From Octopus bimaculoides (lineage: Eukaryota): a stretch of DNA of 64,000 nt. The stretch spans positions 59,021,578 to 59,085,577 of the forward strand of contig NC_068985.1 in NCBI RefSeq assembly GCF_001194135.2, in the 5' to 3' direction. Under the pieces are notes generated by a model. It was not told the origin of the DNA and made no database searches. It worked only from the letters and a program-made list of their open reading frames with translations. Shown in pieces: positions 13,276 through 25,762 of this stretch. Within the stretch, counting starts at the first letter, position 1. Each line of letters opens with the position of its first letter. The translations under genes and the position numbers were made by a program.

Positions 13276-13381
13276 GTTGCCCGGTTGCAGCCCTTAAATA
13301 TACTCGTACGTAAACACAATTATATATATATATATAATTGTGTTTATGTTCGAGTATATTTAAGGGCTGCAACCGGGCAAC
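13276..13381. repeat. Near-perfect 106-bp palindrome centred on (TA)8
   Basis: gttgcccggttgcagcccttaaatatactcg-tacg-taaacacaat-(ta)8-attgtgttta-tgtt-cgagtatatttaagggctgcaaccgggcaac; two mismatched pairs; the left end abuts a gap. Confidence 0.95.
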
Positions 13382-13589
13382 AATCTCTTTTATGCATGCC
13401 ATAAATGATTGTACAGCAACTGACCTGGTTATATCAATTTTAGAGTTGGAGCCGACCCACTATCATACAAGACAACCACACCCAATGAATCCCGAGTGGT
13501 CATCACTGTCATCAGCACAGTTGTTTCTTCGATACATTAGAGAACTAAATATTAAAGGACTATTACTACTCACTAACAAAAGCAAAATT

Positions 13590-15660
13590 CCCTTCCTTTG
13601 AGATCTTGTGGCATGCTATCAAACCAGATCTTGTAGCATGACTCTCACCCGCCAGATCGCACCTGTCATCTGACATTGCAGATGCAGAAATACACTTACC
13701 AAAGTATGTTATAATACTAACAACACAAAGGACAGGAGTCATGCTGGAGTTGCAATGAAAATTTGAGCAGACCTCACGTTCCAGGCCCTTTCGTCATATT
13801 CAAACTCTGTTTGTAACACACTAATTGTACATATATGACAACTCGATACACTAATATGTATTACGCCTATCAGATGCTCCAAATCATACGGGTATTTGAA
13901 GACTCCTTTGCCGAAATATCAGATGCCCTAACCAATTAAGAACAACACATCAATATACTTCCGATAGGTGACTTTAACCTGCCCACATTTCCTAACATAT
14001 TATATATGGAGCAAGTAGTACACGAACTAAACAGGGCAAACAATATACTTGATTCACAAACAGCATGGATCTAATATATCATGTACAAGTGAGAACGATG
14101 CAAGTCTTAGATTACGATATAAGAGGGCTGACCAATATGGAAAAAAGAAACCTGCAGACATGCAGCCTAAGAGAAACACCTAAGGTCTATCCAGTGTTAA
14201 ATGCTAAAACACAGACTGGAAATCGATTGAGAAACAGATAATCAAACAGGATTGGCCACAGCGTATCTCCATACCTAAGATGGACATGAAATTCAAAGAA
14301 TTCATGTCCGTAATACAAGCCATATACTACAAGTTTGTCCCAGTGACAAAGGCCACTGCACATACAAACAACATTTCCAGCGATAGGAAAGTTCGTACGA
14401 GCCGGCGTACAGACAGACAGCCTAATCAGACAACTCAATATCAAGAAGAAAACCATGTTTGAAAACAACATGGCTGGAGACTGAGAAAAGTCTGCATGAA
14501 AAAAAAAAGAGTGAAAGAAAGCTTGGCTTATAAAAAATATAAAATCAAATTCTAATGTCTTCTTTAAATATGCCATAGAAACTGCCTCCGTCTGTTACGG
14601 GGTTGGACCACTCCTCTAAAAACATGCCCTCACGAGAAACCCAAGTAGGATGAGTGGAACGCTGAACGAACAATTCAAACGTGTTTTTTTATCTGAAACT
14701 TATGGTACATGCACTTCAGCCATTCTGTAGAGTTTTTTTTTCTTCTTTTACCCCTACAGATGTAAAGGGACAGGTAGTAATGAATGATTACATCGACATC
14801 AAAGATGTAATACTGGTCGTAGATGAAGTAGGTTCAATCTCAGGAGATGGTCCAGATGAATTCCAAGAAATCCTTCTCAGTTCTTGCAAACGAGCCCTTG
14901 CAAAACCAATGCAGCTTCTTTTTAGGTGTTTCCTTGCAAGTAGAAAGCTAATAGGCAAATTGAAGAACGGTATATGTCCTATCCAATTAATGAGGAAACA
15001 GAGCAGATGCTAAAATTTATAGGACTGTCTCTCTGACCGCACACATCAGTAAAGTCATGAAACGAATAGTCCGAATAAAAGTACTTGCATTTCGTGAAGA
15101 GAATGACTTGCTCACTGAAACCTAGCCTGCTTTTTGCATAGGTAAAAGCTGTCTGGCAAAACTCTAACACCACTATAACTGGGTGTTAAAGAAACTGCTC
15201 AACAAATCAAATGTGGGTATGGTATGACTATACTTTGAAAAAGCCTTTGACGATGAAGACCGTATTATATGTCACAAGCTACATGATCTCGACAAAGACG
15301 AAAACTTAGAGAATGGTTACACGACTTTCTAAAATATAGAAATCAGGTAGTAGTAACCAACAGGTCTACCTCTCAAATGAAGAAAATAATGAGTGGTGGT
15401 CAAGAGGACACAGCTTGGGTTTCAAGGGTCCACATCTCTTCAATATCCTCCCAAAAGCCAGAGAGAACCACATAGGTTAAAAACAAAATGGGATCTCTTC
15501 TCCGAAGGGTTCCAAATGAAGCTACGTTGCATCAAGAGAGCCAGATGACAGCAGCAGTATTAAACACCCTCACTCACTAAAAGTTTTCAAGTAGTGAAGG
15601 TTTAGGGAAACTAATGGCAGCGCACCAGTTGGCCGAAACCGATAAAAGAAGAAAGAAGAG
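13590..15660 (+). mobile_element. CR1-group LINE remnant (APE endonuclease, RT, 3' tail), internally deleted and frameshifted
   Basis: APE motif NILPIGDFNLP at about 13950. RT N-terminal region IDIKDVILVVDEVGSISGDGPDEFQEILLSSCKRALAKPMQLLFR at 14790-14930. FEKAFD at about 15234. GPHLFNILPK near 15427. Confidence 0.8.
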
Positions 15661-16273
15661 AAGATAAACTCTATGTAAGTTTACATATATATATATATAT
15701 ATATANNNNNNNNNNNNNNNNNNNNNNNNNNNNNNNNNNNNNNNNNNNNNNNNNNNNNNNNNNNNNNNNNNNNNNNNNNNNNNNNNNNNNNNNNNNNNNN
15801 NNNNNNNNNNNNNNNNNNNNNNNNNNNNNNNNNNNNNNNNNNNNNNNNNNNNNNNNNNNNNNNNNNNNNNNNNNNNNNNNNNNNNNNNNNNNNNNNNNNN
15901 NNNNNNNNNNNNNNNNNNNNNNNNNNNNNNNNNNNNNNNNNNNNNNNNNNNNNNNNNNNNNNNNNNNNNNNNNNNNNNNNNNNNNNNNNNNNNNNNNNNN
16001 NNNNNNNNNNNNNNNNNNNNNNNNNNNNNNNNNNNNNNNNNNNNNNNNNNNNNNNNNNNNNNNNNNNNNNNNNNNNNNNNNNNNNNNNNNNNNNNNNNNN
16101 NNNNNNNNNNNNNNNNNNNNNNNNNNNNNNNNNNNNNNNNNNNNNNNNNNNNNNNNNNNNNNNNNNNNNNNNNNNNNNNNNNNNNNNNNNNNNNNNNNNN
16201 NNNNNNNNNNNNNNNNNNNNNNNNNNNNNNNNNNNNNNNNNNNNNNNNNNNNNNNNNNNNNNNNNNNNNNNNN

Positions 16274-16411
16274 GAGGTAGACCTGTTGGTTACTACTACC
16301 TGATTTCTATATTTTAGAAAGTCGTGTAACCATTCTCTAAGTTTTCGTCTTTGTCGAGATCATGTAGCTTGTGACATATAATACGGTCTTCATCGTCAAA
16401 GGCTTTTTCAA
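16274..16411 (-). repeat. Exact 138-bp inverted copy of 15235-15372 (CR1 RT segment), abutting a gap
   Basis: The reverse complement is identical base for base by eye; the coordinate sums of both end pairs equal 31646, so there are no indels. Confidence 0.95.
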
Positions 16412-16653
16412 GGGGGATGTACTTGCATAGTAAGTGACTTGTTCTGAGATCGTTTGCTGAAACAAAATTGCAGTGTGGAAGGTGTTTATAAGCCATTTGA
16501 AAACACAAAAAAAAACGTTAGATTCACTTCAACATTTAAATTTAACTTGTGTCAAAATATTTTCGTCAATTTGAAACAGCAACAACTAACCGAAGACAGA
16601 TGAGGGAACAAAAAGTAAGTCTATTAGTTTGACGCTCGGGAAGAAGGAAAAGT

Positions 16654-16690
16654 CTTTGGCGTTTCGAGCCTAAGCTCTTCGATAGAAAAG
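16654..16690 (-). ncRNA. Degenerate minimal hammerhead-like motif in a PLE-derived repeat
   Basis: Minus strand CTTTT CTATCGA A GAGC TTAG GCTC GAAAC GC C AAAG. Stem II, GAAAC and stem I are present; the CUGANGA core and U16.1 are mutated. Confidence 0.4.
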
Positions 16691-16752
16691 GACGTGAGGT
16701 AGGAAAGGTGGAGACAGAACGAAAAAAAATGAGAGAGAAAACATGTGTATGG

Positions 16753-16791
<39 letters not shown>

Positions 16792-17654
16792 CAAATGAAA
16801 TATAAGCATATGCATGTATAAATACCTATACGTACATACCTACATCTACATGTATATATATAGATGCATATCCGGGTACAGGACGTTAGAAAAATGAACG
16901 GGGACAAAAAAACCGACTTTGTTTACAGACAACAGAACGAACACATAGGAAAACAAACAAGCCACTTATGGAATTATTCCTTCATTAGCTGCCTCTAGTC
17001 TAAAACTAGGCGTTTCGAAGATAAGGCAGGGCGCAGTCTTAGAATCGTTTCTTCCTGAGTAGTGGATTAACTCAATCAACAGAGGATTCCAAGGAAGCAA
17101 ACACAGACCATGTATGTATATGTGTCTCTGTGTGTGTGTGTGTGTGTGTGTGTATGTATATATATACATGTATGTATANNNNNNNNNNNNNNNNNNNNNN
17201 NNNNNNNNNNNNNNNNNNNNNNNNNNNNNNNNNNNNNNNNNNNNNNNNNNNNNNNNNNNNNNNNNNNNNNNNNNNNNNNNNNNNNNNNNNNNNNNNNNNN
17301 NNNNNNNNNNNNNNNNNNNNNNNNNNNNNNNNNNNNNNNNNNNNNNNNNNNNNNNNNNNNNNNNNNNNNNNNNNNNNNNNNNNNNNNNNNNNNNNNNNNN
17401 NNNNNNNNNNNNNNNNNNNNNNNNNNNNNNNNNNNNNNNNNNNNNNNNNNNNNNNNNNNNNNNNNNNNNNNNNNNNNNNNNNNNNNNNNNNNNNNNNNNN
17501 NNNNNNNNNNNNNNNNNNNNNNNGAGTGTGTGAATCTGAGAGGGATCTATGTTGAATGAAATCATAACTAACGTATCCTTGTGTATTTTATTTGCTCATG
17601 CCCAGCAAAGTTTCAGCACCCCATTGCGTGTGTATATATATATATATATATATA

Positions 17655-17894
17655 CTCTTTTACTCTTTCACTTGCTTCAGTCATTTGATTGCGGTCATGC
17701 TGGAGCACCACTTTTAGTCGAATAAACCGACCCAAGGACTTATTCTTTGTAAACTTTGTACTTATTCTATCGTTCCCTTTTTGACGAATCGCTAAGTGAC
17801 GGGGACATAAACACACCAATATCGGTTGTGAAGCGATGGTGAGGAGGGACAAACACAGACACAAACAACAAGCACACACACACACACACACATG

Positions 17895-17934
<40 letters not shown>

Positions 17935-18088
17935 ATACGACGGGCTTGTTTCAGTTTCCGTCTAGCAAATCCACTCACAAGACTTTGGTCGGCCAGAGGC
18001 TATAGTAAAAAGCAATCGCCCAAGGTGCCATGCAGTGGGACTGAACCCGGAACCATGTGGTTGGGAAGGAAGCTTCTTACCACACAGC
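17655..18088 (-). mobile_element. Octopus-type tRNA-derived SINE
   Basis: Matches 23995-24395 along its length (cagtgggactgaacccggaaccatgtggttg...cttaccacacagc). Confidence 0.9.
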
Positions 18089-18141
18089 TACACACACACA
18101 CATACAGCTACACACACACACACACACAGCTACACACACAG

Positions 18142-18172
<31 letters not shown>

Positions 18173-18569
18173 GTATATATATATATATATACATTATATA
18201 TATATAATGTGTATATATATATATATATATACATATATATACATTATTTATTTATCTCAAGGACACTATGCATGTATTAAAGCACTACTAATAGTTTGAT
18301 ATGTTGAGATTACTTAAAGAGATTCTTCAGGTGCAAACCACATATCATAACGAACTAAAGAAATTGAATTATAGAACAAACGCAAAAAAAACTGAGAACG
18401 CAGCTTATAGAAAACGCAGACAGTTAACAACGGTAAACGAAAAACTGAAGCTAAATTGTCAAAAATTAAAAGTAAAAGGTAAAGAGTTAAAAGATTTAAC
18501 CTCATTAGTCCAGAAACGGTAAGGCCGGAAAAATATCAAGTCAGTCACGAATAGGCGAAATTTTCCAAT

Positions 18570-19135
18570 TCTTCAGAAAATTATTTATACATATGCACGC
18601 AACCACTGAAATTTTTTGACCTGGAGCTCAATAGAGAGTTTTGGACCTTAGCAGGATCTGTGCTCTTTCAGTCAAACAAATTCTACATAGTACCTTTTAA
18701 AGCACATACGTATTTTGTTTCTATGTTGGAAGAAGGCTATGCCATTGGTATAGCGATTTTTAAATTCTTCTTCACATAATCTAATATAGGTCTCCTTATC
18801 AGTTGTATGATTATTTATCTGTCATATATGATAGATTTAGTCGTACATTGTTGGTCAAATGGACAGGATCCTGGGTCACGACAGTTGCAGCTTATTTCAA
18901 GCTCTTGGTAATGACCACGTGTAATGATACTCTTCATATTCGGTCAGCAGCTATTTGATAATTTCACAGAACGCATATTGGACTATGTGAAGGAGAATTT
19001 AAAAATCGCTATGCCAGTAACATAGCCTTCTTCCGACATAGGGACAAAAGTAAAGCTACTAAGTTGAATAGCTACGTATGGACATTTAAAGATAATGAAA
19101 CACCGCTTGTGATTAAATGAAAAGTAATTGAGAAA
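18570..19135. mobile_element. Penelope-like element GIY-YIG fragments arranged head to head
   Basis: Minus strand: SCNCRDPGSCPFDQQCTTKSIIY...EEFKNRYTNGIAFFQHRNK...TERAQILLR. Plus strand from about 18972: THIGLCEGEFKNRYASNIAFFRHRDKSKATKLNSYVWTFKDN. About 66 bp are shared as an inverted repeat (about 18713-18778 vs 18983-19048). Confidence 0.8.
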
Positions 19136-19138
19136 TAC

Positions 19139-19214
<76 letters not shown>

Positions 19215-19231
19215 TAATAATAATAACAATA

Positions 19232-19955
19232 ATACCAAAAACATATAATGAAAAGAAACATAACAAGTAACTGTAGAATATGTGGAGATCGACAAGAAAC
19301 AATAAATCATATTATCTCTGGCTGCCCAGTCCTGGCTAAGAAGGAATATATTCACAGACACGACAGAGCTGGGACCTATATACACTGGAAGATATGCCAA
19401 CACTATGGAATGAAAACAGAAAAAAGATGCTATAAACACACACCAGAAAACGTCACAGAAAACGAGAAAGCAACCATACTCTGGGGTATGCCAATACACA
19501 CAGATAGAGAAATTAAGGCCAATATACCAGATATAGTTGTCAAAGATCATGAAGAAAAAAATGCTTTCTAATTGATGTATCAATACCAGCAGATGACAAC
19601 GTTTCCTTAAAAGAAATGGAAAAACTTTCAAAATACAAAGACCTGGAAATAGAGGTAACTCGAATGTGGAACCTAAAAACAGAAACAATTCCTATCATAG
19701 TAGGTGCCTTAGGTATAATAAAAAGATATTCAGAAAAGTACATAACAAAAACACCAGGACTTACGAATACATATAACATACAGAAAATTGCACTACTAGA
19801 CACTGCACACATCCTACGCAAAACACTTTAAATACAGTAACCATAAGAGCATCACAGCAAACCACAGCACATATCCAAGGCACACAGAGCTGCGCTCGGT
19901 AGTGAAGTGAAAGCACGTTATAAAAATAAAACTACTGAACAATAATAATAATAAT
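19232..19955 (+). mobile_element. R4/Dong-type element, 5'-truncated (CCHC plus restriction-like endonuclease), inside (TAA)n
   Basis: CRICGDRQETINHIISGCPVLAKKEYIHRH (CCHC); NIPDIVVKD...IDVSIP and KLSKYKDL (PD..D..K RLE); IPIIVGALG. (TAA)n on both sides. Confidence 0.93.
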
Positions 19956-22559
19956 GTCGAAAAATACCTTTGTTCGAAATTTCCCCAAGACACCTGAAAC
20001 GTTATGTTAACAGCAAACAAGATGAGGACAAACATCCGTTAAATGTAAATAATGTAAATAATGTAAGCTTTGAAACTTTCGCCTTTACACTGCCAAAGCA
20101 AAGTACTGAATTCAAGGAAACCGAATATAAATAAAATTACTGGCACTCCCTAGACATAAATACATACGTTTTGTGAACCACTAAAAAACAATCTGAAGAG
20201 AACACAGGCTTACATTAATTAAATTAATTAAATTCTACACATTAACATATCACTAAATTTAATAAAATAAAAATTTCTCTAAAACTCCTCTCTACCACAT
20301 CTTACCCTACAAACTAATTACCACTAAACTCAAAGCAACATACCCAAGAGAGATATTTAACTCAACAGAGACTATATAAAACATGGTTGAATTCAATGTA
20401 TCGCAGTCGAACGGTGGCTAGCTGGGAGCAACTACGAATTCGCTGTCAATAATATTGTTGTTTAAGAATAATATTAATGGCATAGATAATAGGCTTCAAA
20501 CAATTACTTGTTTGTGAATTGGAGAGGTACACAGTTTCTGATATGCATCTTAGGTGCGTTAATTTTTCCAGTCGATTGATCGATTGAAAATATTGAACGA
20601 CTCTTAAAAACGTTACCGTGTCCAGTGTCAATTCATAGCATATTTAGAGGTCGTTTACTCATCTTAATTGATCAGTCAAACGATTGATTAAACTTAGTCA
20701 TGGACGAACGTGAATTGCATATCAGAAACAGCTGTAAGTCTACAATGCATAAATAAATAAATTCATAAGTCCCATTATTTATGCCTATTAACTTTCTAAT
20801 AAAACCATAGATTTACAAAGTCGACTGGTGATAGGCTTCGAATTTGGTCCTCGCCTTAGAATTACCTGCAGTACTATACTAATCAAAAAACCTTTTGTTA
20901 ACCGGGTTTACCCTCAGTCACATTTAGTGACAATTGAATTTTTCCTTTTTGGGAAACACCTGTGGGAAACTTCTTTATGGAGAAGTGTTTTATGGATTTT
21001 TAATTAAAAGCACGACAATTTTGGAATTTATATTTTTCCGATTTTCTTGTAACTTTTTTAGTTGCTTTAGAATTTTTACAGTCCCTAAATGCATATCCTA
21101 CTTTTCAAAACCTTCACGGGTTCATTTTACAGAACTTAATTGAATATATTACGTTTTTTATTTGTTTCTTATACACTATGTAGAGTTTCCCGCCAAAGGG
21201 TTCTGGACAGTTAGTATCAGGCATCAGCATAGTCATATCGTAATACAATGTCAAAATTAACACGCAAACGCAGGCAAAAATTAACACGTGGTTATTGGCA
21301 TCAAAGGAATTCAAAATTCAAAATTGACCGTATCAAACAGATCAACACGTAACTGCTGGTGCATGATGTTTATGGCCAAAATACCTTTAAGCGGGAAAGT
21401 CTGCACGAAAGCTAATCACTATAAAGAAACAACACAAACGCCAAATGCAATGTATTCCAAGTTTTGATAATGGAATTGTGAATATAGGTTTCAAACGCTC
21501 TTGTTCCAAACCCACTGTAAACATCTTGATAATACTAAAACTCTAGTGATGTTCGTGTGTAACTGAAATATCTCAGAAATAGTAAATTTTATCTTTATTT
21601 TTTTACATATTTAATTTCACACTTACCTTTGGCAGTGCAGTTCAAATTTTTGTGACATTTGGACCTCTATTTAAACGATTAAACACATTCTTAGTTATTT
21701 CTTAACGAAGAAACACATGGCTTCCGTGACGTCAATACACATACACACATGCAGAATACACTCACATATCATGAATGTCCTGGCGTGTCAATTAAAATAA
21801 ACACACATCCGCTATCTGTGACATAGACACACAGCCTTTGTGCACACTAAAAAAAATTGATGTACACAATTTTTTAATCCTATAGAAATATTTTTAACTG
21901 AATGTAATTTCATTATCCAGAGTTCGTTAATTTCCGTAAAAAAAATTATATATTTAGTTTTGTTTTAAACTAAAAGAGAGGAAAAAGTGAAAGATGTACG
22001 TGTATATGAAATGGACGTGTGTGTGTATGAAAGAGAGAGAGAGAGGAAAAGAAAGAGTAAAAGTGAGAGAGTGAGTGGAGAGGTGTATTGTCATGTATAA
22101 GTTGTCATGTATACATCAATACATTTGCTATTCTGTAGTAGTATTATACCTACTTCTAGATTTATGTTGCAGTTTCTGTAGTGCGTGAATATGACTAGCG
22201 GACCTAATATAGAGATTAAAAGAAGAAAAAATAAAATATGAAATAGAATGGTCTATAATAAAAAACGCACACCCATATATATATTATCAGTGGTATGTGA
22301 CCTGTGCCTTGAAAAATTATCGTCTTGAATAAAGAAAATCTGGTAAATAACCATAGTGAGAAGATTCCAAGACATTGTCACCGTTCCAAATATACATTTT
22401 CCCGACACCACACAGAATAATAATAATAATGATAACAATAATAATAATGATGATAATGATAATAATAATAATGATAATAATAATTCAGGAAACTCTCTCC
22501 CTCTCCCCTTCCTCATCCCTTCCTATACTAACACAGATAATATAGCAACCGCATAGATA

Positions 22560-23310
22560 TCATATGTGTGCATGCGGGTGCATGTGTACGTATGTATAAT
22601 TGTGTATACATACATGTATATGTTTGGGTGTATATGCAAACGTGCGCAGGCACATATATATGTGTGTATGTGTTTGTGCACCCACACCTGTGTGCGTCTG
22701 TGCATGTGCTTACGTCGGTTTGTATGTATATGCATGTGACTGTATATGAACAACCATGTGTATATATAAGTACGTATGGGTAAGTACATGTGCGCTATCT
22801 AAGTGTGTACGCGTGTGCATATATATGTATATGCATATGTGTGCGTATGTATTTATATGTGTGCACATATCTATGTGAATGTATTTCTAGGTACATATGG
22901 ATTCATATGTATGTTCATGTGTGCGTTATTGTGTGTGTATTTTGTGTATGTGTGTATGTGCATGTATCTATATTTTATGTGTATATATATGTGTATATGT
23001 GTGTATGGGTGTATGTTTATGTATATGCATGTATATATGTATCTGTACAAGTGTTTTGTATGTATGGATGTATGTATCTTTGTATACATACATCCATACA
23101 TGCAGGCACGCATGTATGTATGTATGTATGTATACGCATGCGTGTGTATATGTATATATTTTTGTAATTGTAAGTACGTCTGCGCGGTTACATATCTATA
23201 TATGTGTGTGTGTTGGGGAGCGTGAATCTGTGTGTGTGTGAATGTGTCAGAACATGTGTATGTATATGGATGTATATGTGTACGAGCATGTATGTGTACG
23301 TATGGGTATG
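22560..23310. repeat. Degenerate TG/TA low-complexity tract
   Basis: About 750 bp made of mixed (TG), (TA) and (TATG) units. Confidence 0.85.
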
Positions 23311-23860
23311 TTCTTAAATTTCAGCCATGAAAAACCAGTCAACAGTACAATGAAATCAAATGGCTGTTCCTTAAACTGACAATCACTTTATCAGTAGCAA
23401 AATCACCATCTCACTACATCCACTCATTCAAAGCAGTTTGCCAACGAATCATGAGCCACGACGCATCTCTTGATACACTCAGTGGCTACTACTAACTTGA
23501 GGCCACGAGAGACAGATAGGGTGCTCCTCAATTTACAGAGACAATATTTATATATCGCTTGAGGAAACACAACTAGATCACATAATGCAGGCAAACGGTT
23601 GCATAATCAAGTACCTGCAAGCCGGGAGAACTACGTTGCGTAGAATTTATTGTAGTGATTGCAAATAAATGTTCAACTGTTCGTCTTCTTGTTGACTCCA
23701 ACTTTTACAATTACACACATACATACACACATACATACGTATATATATTTTAAATTCAAATTACGACAAACGTAAATAAACAAACGAAGTTTGCTTTTAG
23801 AAGCGTTGAGATGCCTTAGAAAGTTAAAGAAGTGATTTTAAATTCTCAATCGCAGAATAA

Positions 23861-23987
23861 TGCTAATAATATAGCCTGAACAGGATAAACTACCCCTATT
23901 TTGCAGAGAAAAGTATCACAGCTAACCACCTACACTTTTCTCTACAAAATAGGGGTAGTTTATCCTGTTCAGGCTATATTATTAGCA
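23861..23987. repeat. Hairpin with a 54-bp stem (one mismatch) and a 19-nt loop
   Basis: Arms 23861-23914 and 23934-23987: tgctaataatatagcctgaacaggataaactacccctattttg[c/t]agagaaaagt. Confidence 0.95.
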
Positions 23988-23994
23988 GTATACT

Positions 23995-24395
23995 CTTTTT
24001 TTTCTTTTACTTGTTTCAGTCATTCGACTGCGGCCATGCTGGAGCACCGCCTTTAGTCGAGAAAATCGACCCCGGGACTTATTCTTTGTAAGCCTAGTAC
24101 TTATTCTATCGGTCTCTTTTTGCCGAACCGCTAAGTGACGGGGACATAAATACACCAGCATCGGTTGTCAAGCAATGCTAGGAGGACAAACACAGACACA
24201 CAAACACACACACATATATATATACATATATACGACGGGCTTCTTTCAGTTTCCGTCTACCAAATCCACTCACAAGGCTTTGGTCGGCCCGAGGCTATAG
24301 TAGAAGACACTTGCCCAAGGTGCCACGCAGTGGGACTGAACCCGGAACCATGTGGTTGGTAAGCAAGCTACTTACCACACAGCCACTCCTGCGCC
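23995..24395 (-). mobile_element. Octopus-type tRNA-derived SINE, full length
   Basis: Head GGCGCAGGAGTGGCTGTGTGGTAAG (A-box-like) ...GGTTCCGGGTTCAGTCCC (B-box-like), a central microsatellite, and a tail ...CAGCATGGCCGCAGTCGAATGACTGAAACAAGTAAAAG. Confidence 0.92.
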
Positions 24396-24854
24396 TATAT
24401 ATATCCTACAAACAAACAGCGTTAGCAGCAATACATATAATGATAGATACTGATACTTTTGAAGAGCTTTATTACTACCAGATGGGAACATATTCATGAA
24501 TTTATTATGTTATTTACACATACATATGGTTTCAGCATTGATGTGTTCTTTGCTAACATTTCTACTTAGTAACAAATAAAACTAGGATGAAGTATAAAGA
24601 AACATATGTGTTCCTCCACATTTCTATTAATTTCTATACATGACTCTAATATGTATTTGTGCAAGTTCATCATGCTGAGATTTGTTTTCATAAGCATTTT
24701 GATAGAATAACGTTTTTTATTATATTTTTCGATAGGCAAATATACATTCCTGAAGAATGATATATTTACATCAATTAATCTATCATTTCGCGGAGAATTG
24801 CTTTCAATACTTTCAATATACCAACCCCCATGTGAACATACATGCATACATACA

Positions 24855-24887
<33 letters not shown>

Positions 24888-25574
24888 GCGTGTGTGTCTG
24901 TATATATATATATTAATATATATGTATATACTCACAGTCATACTGACACTTATATATGTGTATGCGTGACTGTATTCGCTTTTGTGGGGGGGGGGAGAAT
25001 TTTTTAATTTGCTTCAAACATTTCAGTACGTAGAAGTTACTTAAATCTTTCGAAAAGTTATTTCAATCTTTGCAAAAATCTTTGAGCACTGCAGATATGG
25101 AATTATAAGGTAATGTCAAGAACGAAAACAAAGCGAATGTGTATTGTATAAATTCATATGTTGTTTCATTGTCATATAATATTTCAAGAAAAAAATCTTT
25201 CTTCATAAATACAAGTGAATTCTCAATGAGTCTGGAGAAGTGTACTTTTATTAGCAGATTATTCTACATTATTCTGATTTTTTTATGGCGGCGAAATCTC
25301 TTTAACTATTTTGTCTACGAACTATATTAGTAGTTAGGAGTGGTTTCTGAAGTCAGTACCAACATTGCAGCAGTAGCATATAACGTTCTGTGGAAACACT
25401 AGTAATAAATTACGTGATATGACAAGTTAGAGCGATACGTAAGGGAATCCTGTCAGAGGTCGTGGAACATTAGCTTAACTCTAGTGTGAATTTAGTCAGT
25501 AGAAAAGGTATTTCTTAATTCAAATTAATTTGGATATACAATGCTGTGAGGTGCGGTAAGTATATTAATTTCAA

Positions 25575-25762
25575 ATTTTGGCACAATACCAGCATATTCA
25601 AGGGAGTGTTTAAGTCAATTACATCAACTTTAGTGTTCATCCCCACGAGGCTGAAAGGCAAAGTCCACCTCGGCGGAATTTGAATGCATTACCTACAGAC
25701 GGACGAAAAACTGCTAAGTATGTTGTTCAGGGTGCCAACGATTCTACCAGCACAACACTTCA
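25575..25762 (-). mobile_element. Second SINE family (Nin-domain-like), degenerate
   Basis: Related by reverse complement to 57125-57280 (ttcaaattccgccgaggt.gactttgcc). Further copies at about 46545-46680 (+), 46830-46975 (-) and 48100-48250 (-). Confidence 0.6.

Noticed and set aside
18301-18522. Lys-rich coiled-coil-like ORF with cag|...|gtaagg boundaries
   Set aside because: It is the A-rich antisense of the T-rich region just downstream of a minus-strand PLE, and I recognise no protein family.
20700-20734. Possible first exon MDERELHIRNS ending at a gtaagt donor
   Set aside because: It is very short, no downstream partner exon could be identified, and such a match is expected by chance in 64 kb.
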